Shown piece after piece: positions 41,201 through 53,900 of a stretch of 64,000 nucleotides of DNA (positions are counted from its first letter, which is position 1; each line of letters starts with the position of its first letter). The DNA is from Paragordius varius (taxonomy: Eukaryota; Animalia; Nematomorpha): contig OZ176052.1 in the NCBI GenBank assembly GCA_964247055.1, positions 4,154,001 to 4,218,000 of the forward strand. The letters run 5' to 3'. The notes under the pieces were generated by a model that was not told the origin of the DNA, ran no database searches, and saw only the letters and a list, made by a program, of their open reading frames with translations. Position numbers and translations under genes: made by a program.

Positions 41201-41606
41201 TTGGTGTTTAATCGCTGCCTTTCTCATTTGTACCATACCACTCATAACGTTTTACCTTATTTCAGGTTGGCTTTTAACCGTAGTACCCGTTTATGTTGTT
41301 AAACGAGCCTTACATTGTTTAGCTCTTTGGTTTACAATCATTCGATGGATTAATCCATTGATAGTCATCATATTTGGTATAAAGAGTATAAACACTAGTA
41401 ATATTCTCCCACCTGGGAAAGATTTAACTAGAAAAATGAAAACGTTTCATAATATGCTACTTAAACAAATTACCACTATGAAAATATTTAATTGGACAAA
41501 AAGCGGTCCCACTACTAAACCAACTGTTAAAAATAACAATAATGGGAAAGTGATACTTCAAAACGCACAAAAATACAATTCCCCAATGACGTCCACCAAA
41601 CTGTAA
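38221..41606 (+). CDS. Rhodopsin-class (class A) orphan GPCR, paralog 1 (about 401 aa, 2 exons)
   Basis: Exons 38221-38845 and 41026-41606 (phase-1 GT-AG intron of 2180 nt). Seven hydrophobic segments: TM1 N (LTNSY), TM2 D..P (FGDLFFGLVCIP), TM3 C and NRY, TM6 CTIP, TM7 WINPLI. No internal stops. Confidence 0.88.
39530..40317 (-). mobile_element. Degraded mariner transposon remnant in the GPCR1 intron
   Basis: TA-CCAGGTGTAC terminus at 39528-39540 resembles the Mos1-type TIR. Minus-strand fragments resemble mariner transposase: LHDS..H, PYPQSCHDLTLSDYHL (cf. YSPDLAPSDYHL), QHFNNFEDV, LLKPSETVNAQRY, and a possible MSS start at 40317. Multiple stops, frameshifts and an internal deletion; second TIR not found. 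Confidence 0.85.
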
Positions 41607-44173
41607 TACTTTGACAAATGTTTATTTTATTCTATGTTTGTAATAATATGTATAATTTTTTTTGTAGTTATTGGTTTAAAAGGAGCCTGTAATTAGGTGC
41701 ATATATAGTTAACAGAACATTGGAAACTTAATTTATATATTTTTTTATATACAAAACATATTTTAAGGTGATATAAATTGTTTCGGAATCCGGCATAAAC
41801 TCGGACCATTAAAGCTTACAAAAATCCTTACCTTCGCTGCAATTGTTTAATCAATAAATTTATATCGACATAAAATTATCGAAAAAAGTAGTTTTTTAAA
41901 TAAAATATTTTAATTGGAGACCATAGATATGACGTAATCGGTTACTATTTAAAAACTTGGCATACAAGGGGTGGTCCTCAAAAGTTTGAATCTAAAACCA
42001 GGTTTATGTCAGAAATTATATATACTTAACAAAAATTTTGAACCGTGACTTGTTAGGACATTGGACACTTAGACTATCGTCTGGCTATGTCAGATTAAAC
42101 CTTATTGCACAATATTTCCAACATCACTGGTAGCCCTGGCGATACAAATCTTTAGTGTTAATTCAATTTAAGGCCTTCTTCTTGACTAATTTAAAAAAAC
42201 ACTTCAAACGGCAAAAATATATTTTAAAACATTCAATAATTTAAAATTATAAACGAAATTCGGAAGAGATGATTTATGAAATCAAATTATGCATAAAAAA
42301 TGTTGTTAGTAATCGGTGATCGATATCGTATATATTTAAAAAGAATACGCCACACTGTGAAAATTTTTAAGTAAAAATACAAGTTTTTGCATCTCAGAGG
42401 TTAAAATATGTAATAAGCAACCCAAAAATGATTATCGTAGAAATAAAACTACTCCTTATTACCAGCTAAGAAAAATGGAAAATCTATGCATCATAAAACA
42501 CATTTTTATAATTTATACCTGGGACTATAGTAAGTTAATATGGATGTTAATAGATCTTTTGTGGCGTGCGGATCAATATAATTAATGGTTCAAATTGTAA
42601 TGATATAAATAATGGTTTAAATTGGAAAGAAATAAATACCTTTAAACCACCGTGTTTGACAAATGTGTTCGGATCTGAACATAAATTTGAGAAGTTTACT
42701 TATGGACAATTCAGAATTTATTTTAAAATCACATAGCGTTTCATCAATACTGAAAGCTTTTTAATAAAAAGATCTTAGTATTTAGACTTGTTATATTAGA
42801 ATAATTATTTTGCTTTCAAAACCAATATCATTGGAGAGTAACATAATTTTTGTATTCATTATATTTACAGGAACGATCATACCTTAAAATACCATGCTTG
42901 AGGTTTTTATAAATCACCACTTAAAATATTTTGTGGATATGGGAAATTTTTGAAAATAATAATTAATTTTTTTAACTTTGAATTAGGAACTCTGTAATGG
43001 ACTACACATAAAAGTATAAAATATCACATATGCTTTCTTGAGGACAGATGCGTATTTTGCCTAAAAATGGCCATGAAATCGAATATATCTAAATAAATAC
43101 TAATTTACCAATCATTTTTTTGTTGCCCAGTGTTAGGCCATAATGTGCAGAGCGATTTTTTTAGTGTTATTACACAAAACTAAAACAACTTCATCCGTAG
43201 TTTATCCTTTTATACTTAAAATAAATTATATCGATATCATGATCATTAATCCTGTTAGTTAGGCTTGAGTGATTTCTTAATAATATTGGACCATTAGTAC
43301 GGTTGTGATATTTTATATATAATCATAATATAACAATACGGTAAAAATTTTATCTATAAGATTTCTTTATAATAATTGGACCAACAAATTACATATAATA
43401 GTTTCAATTAAAATCATTCCCAACATCAGATTTGGTAAATTTATAAATCAGGGGTGTTCAGTCTGCGGCCCGCGAAAAATTTGAAAATACAAATTGCAGG
43501 AATCTCAAAACACCCAGTAAAACTGATACTTCTTAAGCATTTTTTTTTTCGAAGAAGTCAATAAAATTGGCAACAAACTAGAAAAGGATGTTATATTGTT
43601 TTAGTTTTATGTTTGAATACTACTAAAACATGGCTATCAGTTATAAAGCAACAATGCGCTATAAGCCTTAGGACATCTCTGATCTAAAATATCGATATTT
43701 TGACTGGGAATGTGTATTCATTAATAACATTAAATGAATGTGAGGAAATTAATAACATATTTTAATATCCTTTGATACAACCAATCTCGTAAAAGATCTA
43801 TAAAAAATGTAAAAAGTTACACAATTTTAAATTTTAACTATGACTTTGGTAATATAAGTATTTTTAGTTTAAATAGATTTTGTTAAAAATATACTTAAAA
43901 GGTTATAAGGCCTTAATTATAATATATATTGAAACAACAAAGTATGATCTTCAAATTTTGCCGAAACGTTGGTTTTTAAATGAATTTAGAGTAATAATTT
44001 CTTTAATAATTTTGAAGGCTCTAACTTTGGTAAATTAAAATGCGAGAAACCGTCTTAAAACATTTAAAATGGTGTGTATAAAATAAACTTTTCATGGACA
44101 ACTATAATTAAAAAACTCATTATGATATAACACAAACTTTGATCTCTGAAATTATTATGTAGCTATTAATTTA

Positions 44174-45621
44174 TTATAATCTTGTTATAGTAGAGGGATC
44201 TGGCTTTAAAGTTGTTATTATATTATTAATATCATCTAGGTTTAAATTTTGTGTTGGTATGCAATTAGTAGAATTGGTTGATGTGGTACTTTTGATTCGT
44301 TTAATTCCCTCCAAAATATAGGTTGTGAGTTTTTTGACTGCCTTGAACCTTAATGGGTTCAAAGAATTCTGACTTTTTATACCAAATATAATTACTATCA
44401 ATGGATTTATCCATCGAATCATTGTGAACCAAAGAGCCAAGCTGTGCAAAGCCCGTTCAACCATATACTTTGGGACCTTGGTTAAAAGCCAACCCGAAAG
44501 AATGTGGAAAGTTACGATAGGCAAAGTACAAATGACAAACGTTGCAATTAAACACCAAATTAGCGTAATGGATCTCGATTTTCGGTTCTCAGATACGGCT
44601 GAATTCAAAAGACCTTGTACTGAGACTTGATTGCTTTCTGGTATACGCATCAGGCTTTTAGATCGACGGATGTAACGGATAATTAGACTGTACAAAATTG
44701 TGGATGTTACATAGGGTACGGCCATACCTGTCATATAAAATAGGCCTTTATGTAAACCCTTTTATAATATCTTTAAAATATTTAATAATCATATAGGCAA
44801 ATTAATTTACTACAAAAATATATCTACATGCTAAAACAATATATTGCTAAAAAATACCGAAATATATAATTTTACCCGATCCACAAAACGAATGAGTCAA
44901 TAAAATTATTCAAATTACTCTGTCAAATAATTTAGGACTAAAAAAGGCTTTTAGTGACTATTCTAATTTTAGGACCGTATAAATTTGTGTGATAATTAAA
45001 TTATATACCCAAAATTATCAGATAAGTTAGGTGATAAAAAAACTGTCTCGGCGTGTATGTACATGAGTTTTCAGCATCGGTATAGCGAAGTCGTACCACC
45101 AAAAAAGGAATTGGGGCTAGGGTCGCGATTGCTATAATACCACACAAATAGCAACTGATAGTCCTCTGTTGGCCGTTAAATCGAAACCGTCCGCTCCGCC
45201 TTTCACCTTGTGATAAAATAGTGATTATTCTCAAGGGTTGACGGATAGCTAGGAATCGATTCATTGCTATGGCTAACATGCTGTATGAACTAATGTATGT
45301 CCCAACCTCTTCAAGATACCACAGGGCTGCTGTCTCTCGACAAGCGCGCAAAGGTAATGATATCTGGCCTCTGCTTTGCCCCAGCGTTGGGCTCAAAAAG
45401 GACATGTAAATGTGCAATGGAATGCATACAACACCAAAGAATAAGTCACCAAAAGCGCGTAAGCTAAAAAAGCAACGTACGCTATATGAAAAATTGCGTT
45501 TGCTATTCCTATCACGGCGTATAAGGTAAAGCAAGTAGCTATTTGTCACAACTATGATAACTAATTCGATTAGATACAAGGAAATAAATGTTTTTGAAAT
45601 CTTTGATAAACCGAAATCCAT
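44174..45621 (-). CDS. Rhodopsin-class (class A) orphan GPCR, paralog 2 (about 388 aa, 2 exons)
   Basis: Exons 45621-45009 and 44727-44174 (281-nt phase-1 intron at the same position as in paralog 1, LG|MAVPY). Motifs FGDLFFGVVCIP, MNRFLAI, CTLP, WINPLI; open frame. Confidence 0.9.
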
Positions 45622-47296
45622 GTTACAAAATGGTAGACAAGAATTATTGTATAATATTTAAAGCTAAATTTTCCGCTGGGAAAGAACCTGTACTATATTT
45701 GGAAGAATGAGTAATGATTATTTCATTTATATATATTTCACACTAAATTATTTATTAATTTTGGGATCTATAAACCATTCCCCATATATTTTGTTTAATT
45801 GCAAGGATTTGCACCTCTAATAATATTTCATATAAATAATTAATAGGTTAATTAGGGATTTTACTTAAAGTAAAAGGAATATGGAATCTAAAAAAATGCG
45901 TCAATGAATTCAATTATCTGTCATTAACGGGTAAATTTTACATTGATGTTATTTTAATACCCTTTTTTACATTAATTTTTTAATCCATATCGTAAACATC
46001 AAAACACTGAATATTTTATATACAATAAATAATAATACTATTAATATATAGCAAATTATATATGGGACCTTTGTAAGCAACATTTTTACTTTCTGAGAAA
46101 AAAAGCTAAAACTTCGCGGTTTTTTTTATCCTGTGTAAATTTTATAAATTATGTAATCGTAAAATCTAACAATGGAATAAATAGAATGGAATGGGGAAAG
46201 ATGTTGGAAAACACATATGCTTTAACTGAAGTTAACTAGATAGTTTCTTTTCTGATTATTTACTAACATAAAATTTTTACAAATATTAAAATATTTTTTA
46301 TTCATTATTATCATATCTGTGGGTTTTAAATTTTTTACTAAACCTAATATGGGATATTAATAATCCAAACAGTATTTTTTTTATCACGCATTTTTTTTCC
46401 ATATATAACCCACGAAATTTATGAATTTAGAGTAAATTTATTTGTTCATTCCTTTGTAATTAGGTATGTATTATAAATTTTATTGTATATATAAGTCAAT
46501 ACTTGATCGTGCCATTGACAAGTTATTAGGCATTTTAGGCGAAATATTAAATACATGTGGTTTTCCCAGAATTTGACATAAATAATAAATAAGTCATATA
46601 AGATTCATATTTTCTCTAATTATAATTAACATAAAAGGTTTTGTTTGAAGCATTATTTTTTTATATATGCATGTATTGAAAGTTCCAAAAATTGACTTGT
46701 ATAAAAAGTTCAATATTTTTCACCCCTATGATTTTCTAACTTCCCAGAATTAACCGAAGTAAAAAGTATAAAGGGTGCTACTATATTGTAAATTATTCCA
46801 AATAATTCATAGATAGCTTGTTATCAAATTTTGTTCAAATATTTAAATTTCCAGATTCCTTAAATTTTATCAGTTTTCATCACACATATATCAACCGGTA
46901 GAGTAATAATAAAAGTACTTGAAAACATATTAATATTATTTGACATTTTTTATAAATAATTTTTAGGAATGTAACGCTTGACAATATATCTATAAATTAT
47001 TAAGTTTCTAAGATGGTCAATTAAGGTAAGATTTTTGAAACAAATTAAATACAAAGTTAACATTATATTGGGTGGTTTATTAGTGGTCTAGTTATATAAT
47101 ATTATATATAATATTTATTATAAACATGAGAATTATATTATTAAGGAATTTGACCAAGCTTAAATTCCTTTATATTTGCATTCTTTTCTTCATTCTAGCC
47201 ACACATACTCTCGCAAAGGTATAAATTACATATAATCTTATTATTTATTGATTTATGTTTAAAATTAGGTATTTTATCTATATAATTATTGAGTAA

Positions 47297-47537
47297 CAGG
47301 GCTTGGAACCGGGAAGAGAGTAGAACCGGAACTGGGGCGGTTCTTGGGTTAAAACCCGAAACAATCTGGCCTTTGTTATTATTTAACAAGGAACTGGGGT
47401 GACTCCTAAAATTTTAAAACCGCAATCGGGTTGTTCCTTGAGAAAGTAGGAACCGGGTTCGTTCCAACCAAACAAAACCGGTTTCTGTTAAAATCTAAAC
47501 TGGGTTTGTTTCCATGTGGTTCCAGTTCAAACCCCTC
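47297..47537. mobile_element. Possible hAT-type MITE with repeated aaccgg/ggttc subterminal motifs
   Basis: Begins cagggcttggaaccgg and ends ggttccagttcaaaccc(c)t as an imperfect TIR. GC-richer than its flanks, with many AACCGG-like words. No TSD found. Confidence 0.35.
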
Positions 47538-49067
47538 CTACAGGGTTGTCAGAACCCCTGGCAAGCCTGCTAAAATATAAACATAAATGATTTATGGTAC
47601 CTATTAAATATATATTGTGTATTCGTTTAATTTACATTTAAAAGTAGTCAATCCTTTTTTGTGAGTTGGCCCTTTTTAACTCTTTATGTCCGAAAAGGCA
47701 TGTGGCTTTTTTGTATGCCATTTGTTTATAAATAAAAATGATATTTAAATATTTTTTAGTTTCATAAAAAGAAAACTCGATTTTTTAGAGTCAAAATTGC
47801 CGTTGTAATTAATTTTTTATATAGCATAAATTATGATCAAAATATTTTATATCTTTAATACCACACCCATTCATCCAAATTTTTATTTTAAGCGACTCAC
47901 CTATAATAAACACTCTTCTTCCCTATATTCATTTAATAATTTAAATTTGGATTAACTGTTGTTAGGCGGGCTCTATAGATATGCCCCGTTAGACATTGGA
48001 TTAAACACTTATGGTACCTGCTTAAAAAATAAAATTATATATTATTAAAATTGTGCTATTTTAAATTTTAATGTATCCTCTTGTCTAAAATATTCATTGA
48101 TATATATTATATATAAATATAGTCAATTTTCAATGTTTTCCCTTTTTAAACATTGTCATAAACGGTCTTTAGATACCGTAATGTTTTTAGTATATGGTTT
48201 TAAAATGTAACATATTGGGCTAATCAGTTACAACTAAAAGTCTATTCGTCTTCTTTTTCAACCAGTTATTTAGAAAAACTGTTTTAAACAACCGGTACCC
48301 GTTCTAAAACAAGATGGTTTCGGTTTTATTATTATTCAGTCAGATGGTTTCAATGACGGCTTGACTTTATTTAATTTGGGAAAGCACCCTTAAATTTCTC
48401 ACAATGTGGATAAAATGTGACAAACATCAAGCATATAAATAATAATAATAAGTTTTGTGTTCTTTTTTAATCATGAATCTCAAGAAGATGATATAAATAA
48501 TACGAAAAAACATGACATCTCAAAATTTCAAAAAAATGTAAATTTGGAAAAATAATATTTTGAGGACGTTTGAAACAGCGATTCTATTTCATAAATCTGA
48601 AAATTTGGACTCATAACGGCTTCTCCTGAAAAAAATATAGGCTCATACAAATACATTATTAAATACATAATAATCTCATTAAAATTAAAGGATTTTTGGC
48701 GCGCGATTATATTTTGGCTTTTCCCTTCTTTTTAATTTTACTTTTAACCCGTTTGTTGAAATGGCATTTCTTATAAAAATATCTGCTGTTAATATATCCT
48801 ATTATTATATGTCATGAACTTTTAAAAATGTTTTCAACTCTATTAACCATCCTTAGTGTAAATTCCATAAGTTTTTAATGGTTTTAAAATTTGTTGTTAC
48901 AGTTTAAATATATAAATATAAAAAAGTGCAAAATATTTAAACCTAAAAGACCCTAAATAACTATATGTTTTGTCAATATCAGAAATATTGTTAATCGGAT
49001 TTGAATAATAAATTAAAAAAGGTTAGAAAGAAGGTTTATGTTTATTAGTTTACAATGATGGCAGTTA

Positions 49068-49070
<3 letters not shown>

Positions 49071-49104
<34 letters not shown>
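49071..49104. repeat. (TA)17 microsatellite just upstream of the first recognisable collagen exon
   Basis: Direct reading. Confidence 0.92.
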
Positions 49105-49107
<3 letters not shown>

Positions 49108-50163
49108 GAATGATAGAGCAATCAATTTTACATCCCAAGACCGGAGGATTGTAGAGGAAGGGATTGCACAAATTCAAGATGCTCTTGCATAGGTGAAAAA
49201 GGATCTCGATTACGTTAATTGTATTTGTAAATAACCTTAATTTCTTGTTTTTTTCACAGCCGATAATTTTTTATATCGAATAAATTACCAACTATTTTAT
49301 GTATAACCAACCAACTATTAAAATACATTTAACACCAATTAACTGTGATGTAATATTCTATTTTCTATTTACGTTCGTTAATTGACTATGTAATTCAACA
49401 ATCACTAATTTATGTCGATGGCAAATGTAATGTGCACAATTTAAATATTTTGTGCATATTATATAATGTTTTGAAACATTTGTGAAACACAACACAAATG
49501 TGCTAAAGATTTTTTGGAGATGACAAAAAAATCCAAATATTATCTAGGGTATCCCGGGAGCCCCTGGTCCACAAGGTTTTCAGGGATCCCTAGGAGCCGC
49601 TGGGGAATTCGAGATTGAAGGCATAAAAAGTCAAAAAGGTGAAATTGGTGCACTTGGTCCTATGGGACCTATAGGAGATCGGGTAAGATGTTACAACATG
49701 ATATTATTTTACAAAGTTAATTTTTGGCATTATGATAGATTTCATTTTCCTAGCAGTAATAAAATAGTTTGCATGACTTATTTTAGAGTGATCAATGATA
49801 TTTTATATTTTATTTCCCAACATTTATTAGGGTAAAATGGGAATACCTGGTTTTCCCGGTCTCAATGGAATTCCTGGAATACAAGGATCTCCTGGATTAC
49901 GCGGGTTCCCAGGCGCAGATGGTTGCAATGGAACCGACGTAAGTAGATTTCTCCTTAATATTAGGCCGGTTTTTTCCATACTGGTTTATGACTTGTATTT
50001 TTTGGCATAAATGATTTTGGAATATTTTATAAGCCCAATGCGCAAATTAAAAACGGTCTCTATTGGCTTATAATTAGGATAGCTTGTATGATTATAAAAT
50101 AATACTTTAAGCGTAATTATTAATTTAACTCTTTTATATCATAAATGTTCATTTGTTAAAGTT

Positions 50164-50166
<3 letters not shown>

Positions 50167-50250
<84 letters not shown>
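50167..50250. repeat. (AT)42 microsatellite in collagen intron 3
   Basis: Direct reading. Confidence 0.95.
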
Positions 50251-50253
<3 letters not shown>

Positions 50254-50907
50254 AATTTTTATGTATAATCAACATATATTTTATCACTAAAAATAATCCA
50301 TTTCAAACCATTTACGTTTTCTCATTAGCCATAAATATCTAAAGGAACATAGTATTTATTAACCTAAGAAACAAATAATGATATTAAAACAATATTTTTA
50401 CATATTTGCAGGGATTCATGGGTCTGCCAGGGTTACCTGGACAACCTCCAAGTCTTCTTGGCTTACCGGGAAATCCCGGTCTCAATGGTCTAAAGGGAGA
50501 TCCTGCTTTCGTAAGGAAATCTGCTGCTGGCCTTAAAGGTGATTTGGGACGTGATGGAATATCTGGTTTACCGGTATCTTATTATTATTGCATAGATTTA
50601 ATTTTACAATTTTTATATAAAAAAATATATATTTTTTTAGTTAATATTTGTTTAAATCACATAATGAAAATTTTAAATAATCCTGTTGACTTATTTTAAC
50701 AAAGGGTCTTCCTGGATTTAATGGTTCCATGGGCCCCAAAGGTGATTTGGGCGCCCCAGGATTCCCAGGTCCTATTGGAATAAAGGACCCCGAGGTGATG
50801 AATGAAATATGAGTATTGGTTTATGGGGAGAAAAAGGAGATTTGGTAATTTTTCATTAATTAATATTTTGACAAATTTTGTAAAACTAATTTTAAGTAAT
50901 TTCCCAT

Positions 50908-50942
<35 letters not shown>

Positions 50943-53900
50943 GGTCATGTTTAGGGTGATCACGGCCCTCCTGGAGCTCCAGGACCCCCCGGTGATTACC
51001 AATATCAACAAGGGGTCGGAAATTTGTTTGAGGGTCCTCGTGGTCCATCAGGAGATATGGGTTACCGTGGCGATGCCGGAGATAACGGTGATTCAGGCTA
51101 TGAAGATCCTATGGGAAAACCGGTATAAAATGATTTGACTCCAATGATTGACAAACATTTTACCTAAACTTAATTAAATATTAGAACTTTTTTGCTAAAT
51201 TATTCCTTTATTATTATGTTGCCAGGGTGTACCTGGATTACGAGGTGCCAATGGTGAAAAGGGCAATGAAAGACCTATCGGAAAAACGGTATACATTGGA
51301 AATTATTTGTAATTTATTTTTAAAAAATTAAATAAATTATATAAATTTAAACATCATTTTTAGGGAAAAGAAGGACGTGTTGGCCTATACGGACAATCTG
51401 GCCTAAAGGTATTAATTTAATATTGGATTATATTGTTAGTGTTTTATGACATTAACCGGCGATTATTTTTCGAAAAAATGGTCTTGCAAACTATTTATGA
51501 GAATGTAAATGTATCAAATTTTAAGCAATGTATTTTTTGAATCCATATTTCATATATTATGATTAATATAATTATATAACTTAGGGTGATCGAGGCGATG
51601 ACGGGTTTCCAGGAGTCGATGGTATATTCCAGGCGAAAATGGTTTGAGAGGTGGACCTGATGGTCGCCCTGGAATTTTGGGTCCTTCTGGCGTCGCTGGG
51701 GTATCCCCATTATTCACTATTTTACACCTGAAAAATTATAAATAAATTTATTTGTCCTAGTACTATTACGTAAAAATATTTATATTTAAATTATTCCAAC
51801 TGTATTGAAACCTTAATGTTTGTTGTATCTAATCTATGCAACGAAAATCAGTAATTTATAATATGCATATTTATTAAAATAGCAAATTAAAAATAGTAAA
51901 ATCACACAACTACTCGTTTCAAATGTGTGAAAAGTGAATTTTTTCAAGGAGATAAAATGAATGAACAAAAAATAATTTGTATATAATACTGTGTAATATT
52001 TTTGATATTTTTAATATTGCTGTCGTTTTTATCTTATATAATGTATTGGCATTTTTCAATATCAAAACCAAAATAAAATGCATTTTAGAGCGATATTGGA
52101 CGCGTCGGTCCACCAGGACCAGTCGGAGCTATGGGAATGCCTGGTCGCCCCGGATTTCCGAGCTTAGAAGGAAATCCGGTTTTCCATGTCCGCGCAGACC
52201 AATCGGTCCCGCAGGAGCCCCCGGTTTATTGGGTCACCCAGGATTACAGGGGGTTTCTTCCGAAAAAGGGGAACGTGGAGATTCCAGGTTACCGGGTATA
52301 ATTATTACTTAACTTTTTACAGTATGGGTAACTAATCATTGTGGCACATAGCATATACAGCAAAGAGCATTCATATTTGTGAATAATATGATAAAGTTAA
52401 AATTATAATTTTAAACACCAAAAAAATATGTTCTTTGTTTATGTGCTATCTGGCCATAATTAATGTAAAACTAGCAATTTTTACTCATTATATAATATGT
52501 GAATGTAAAATTTTTTGATTGCTATCATTAATCTAATGTATGCTGCTTCAAGGTATACCTGGAACTCAAGGACCTCCTGAATTTGGGGGCCCTGCTGGGG
52601 CCAAAGGCGAAATTTGAGATGTTGGCCTGCCTGGTCAAGGTATTATGGGGGCTCCAGGTATGGATGGGCTCCCGGGATTAGATGGTGTCCCTGGTGCCAA
52701 AGGAGAGAGAGGATATGACGGTCCACCAGGTTTGCCTTTTCACCTTGTAATTGATGTTAATTGTAAAAATAATTGTTAATCAAAGGAATATTATATGTTG
52801 CCAAGTATTTGTGGCAGATGGTTGTAATCAATGAGACTTTAAAAATTAATTTCATTTTAAAATGATGCAATTATGTAAGATTGGGGTATTTAGCACTCTT
52901 AAATATAAATTTCTATCTATTTTTTACATGATTTTTAAGGTTAATAAATTTATAATATATTTTGCAAAGGTTATTCTGGAGACATTATTGATGGTGTACC
53001 TGGACCTCTTGGTATTCCAGGCCCTAAGGGAGAATCCGGATACCCTGGATTAAATGGTCGACCTAGCCCAATGGGACCACCAGGTCAAAAAGGTAGGAAG
53101 CAATTTATGCAGAATAATCGAATTTTAATTTTATAATAGTTTTGGGAGACATTAATTTTTCTCAAATTATATAAGTATGATATCAAATCTAAAAAGAGAT
53201 GCGATTAAAATAAGATTATATCATTAGTTTGTATAAATGCTAGTTAATCTGTATTTAAGGTGACCCGGGAGGTACATGACAGAGGTCGTAAAGGAGAATC
53301 TGGATCTGCAGGTTTTCCCGGCAAACAGGGTGAACGTGGTTCTCCGGGAGATTTGGTGAAATAGGTCAGCAAGGCGATGATGGCGATGCCGGAATCCCAG
53401 GCCGACCGGGATGTTCCGTAATTTAATTGAAAAAAAATAAAACGAATGATAAAACATATACTATGCTATAAAAATTATTTAAAGGATAGCTCATTTTAGC
53501 CAATACTTAAAATTTTATAACGATTAAATTAAAATTATTTATTTTAAAGGGACAACCCGGTTTAGATGGATTAAATGGAATCCCTGGAACCAAAGGTGAA
53601 CCAGCTGTCATCGACTATTCTCGATTATAAAGTTATCGGGGTATAAATATCACATTAATTGTTCAGTTAAATTAGAATCTCTTAGGTTTAGTGATAAAAT
53701 TAGCAACTTGTTTTAATGATGGTCTATAATAATATAAATTTCAGGTGAGAAAGGAGATGCCGGATATCCTGGACTTGCAGGAGCCCCTGGAATGGACGGT
53801 CAACCTGGATTGCCGGGCCCACCTGGAATTGCTTTTGGTTCTTCACTAAATCTTAAAGAGCCGCAGGTATGGCTCTCATTCACGATATTTTATAAAATTA

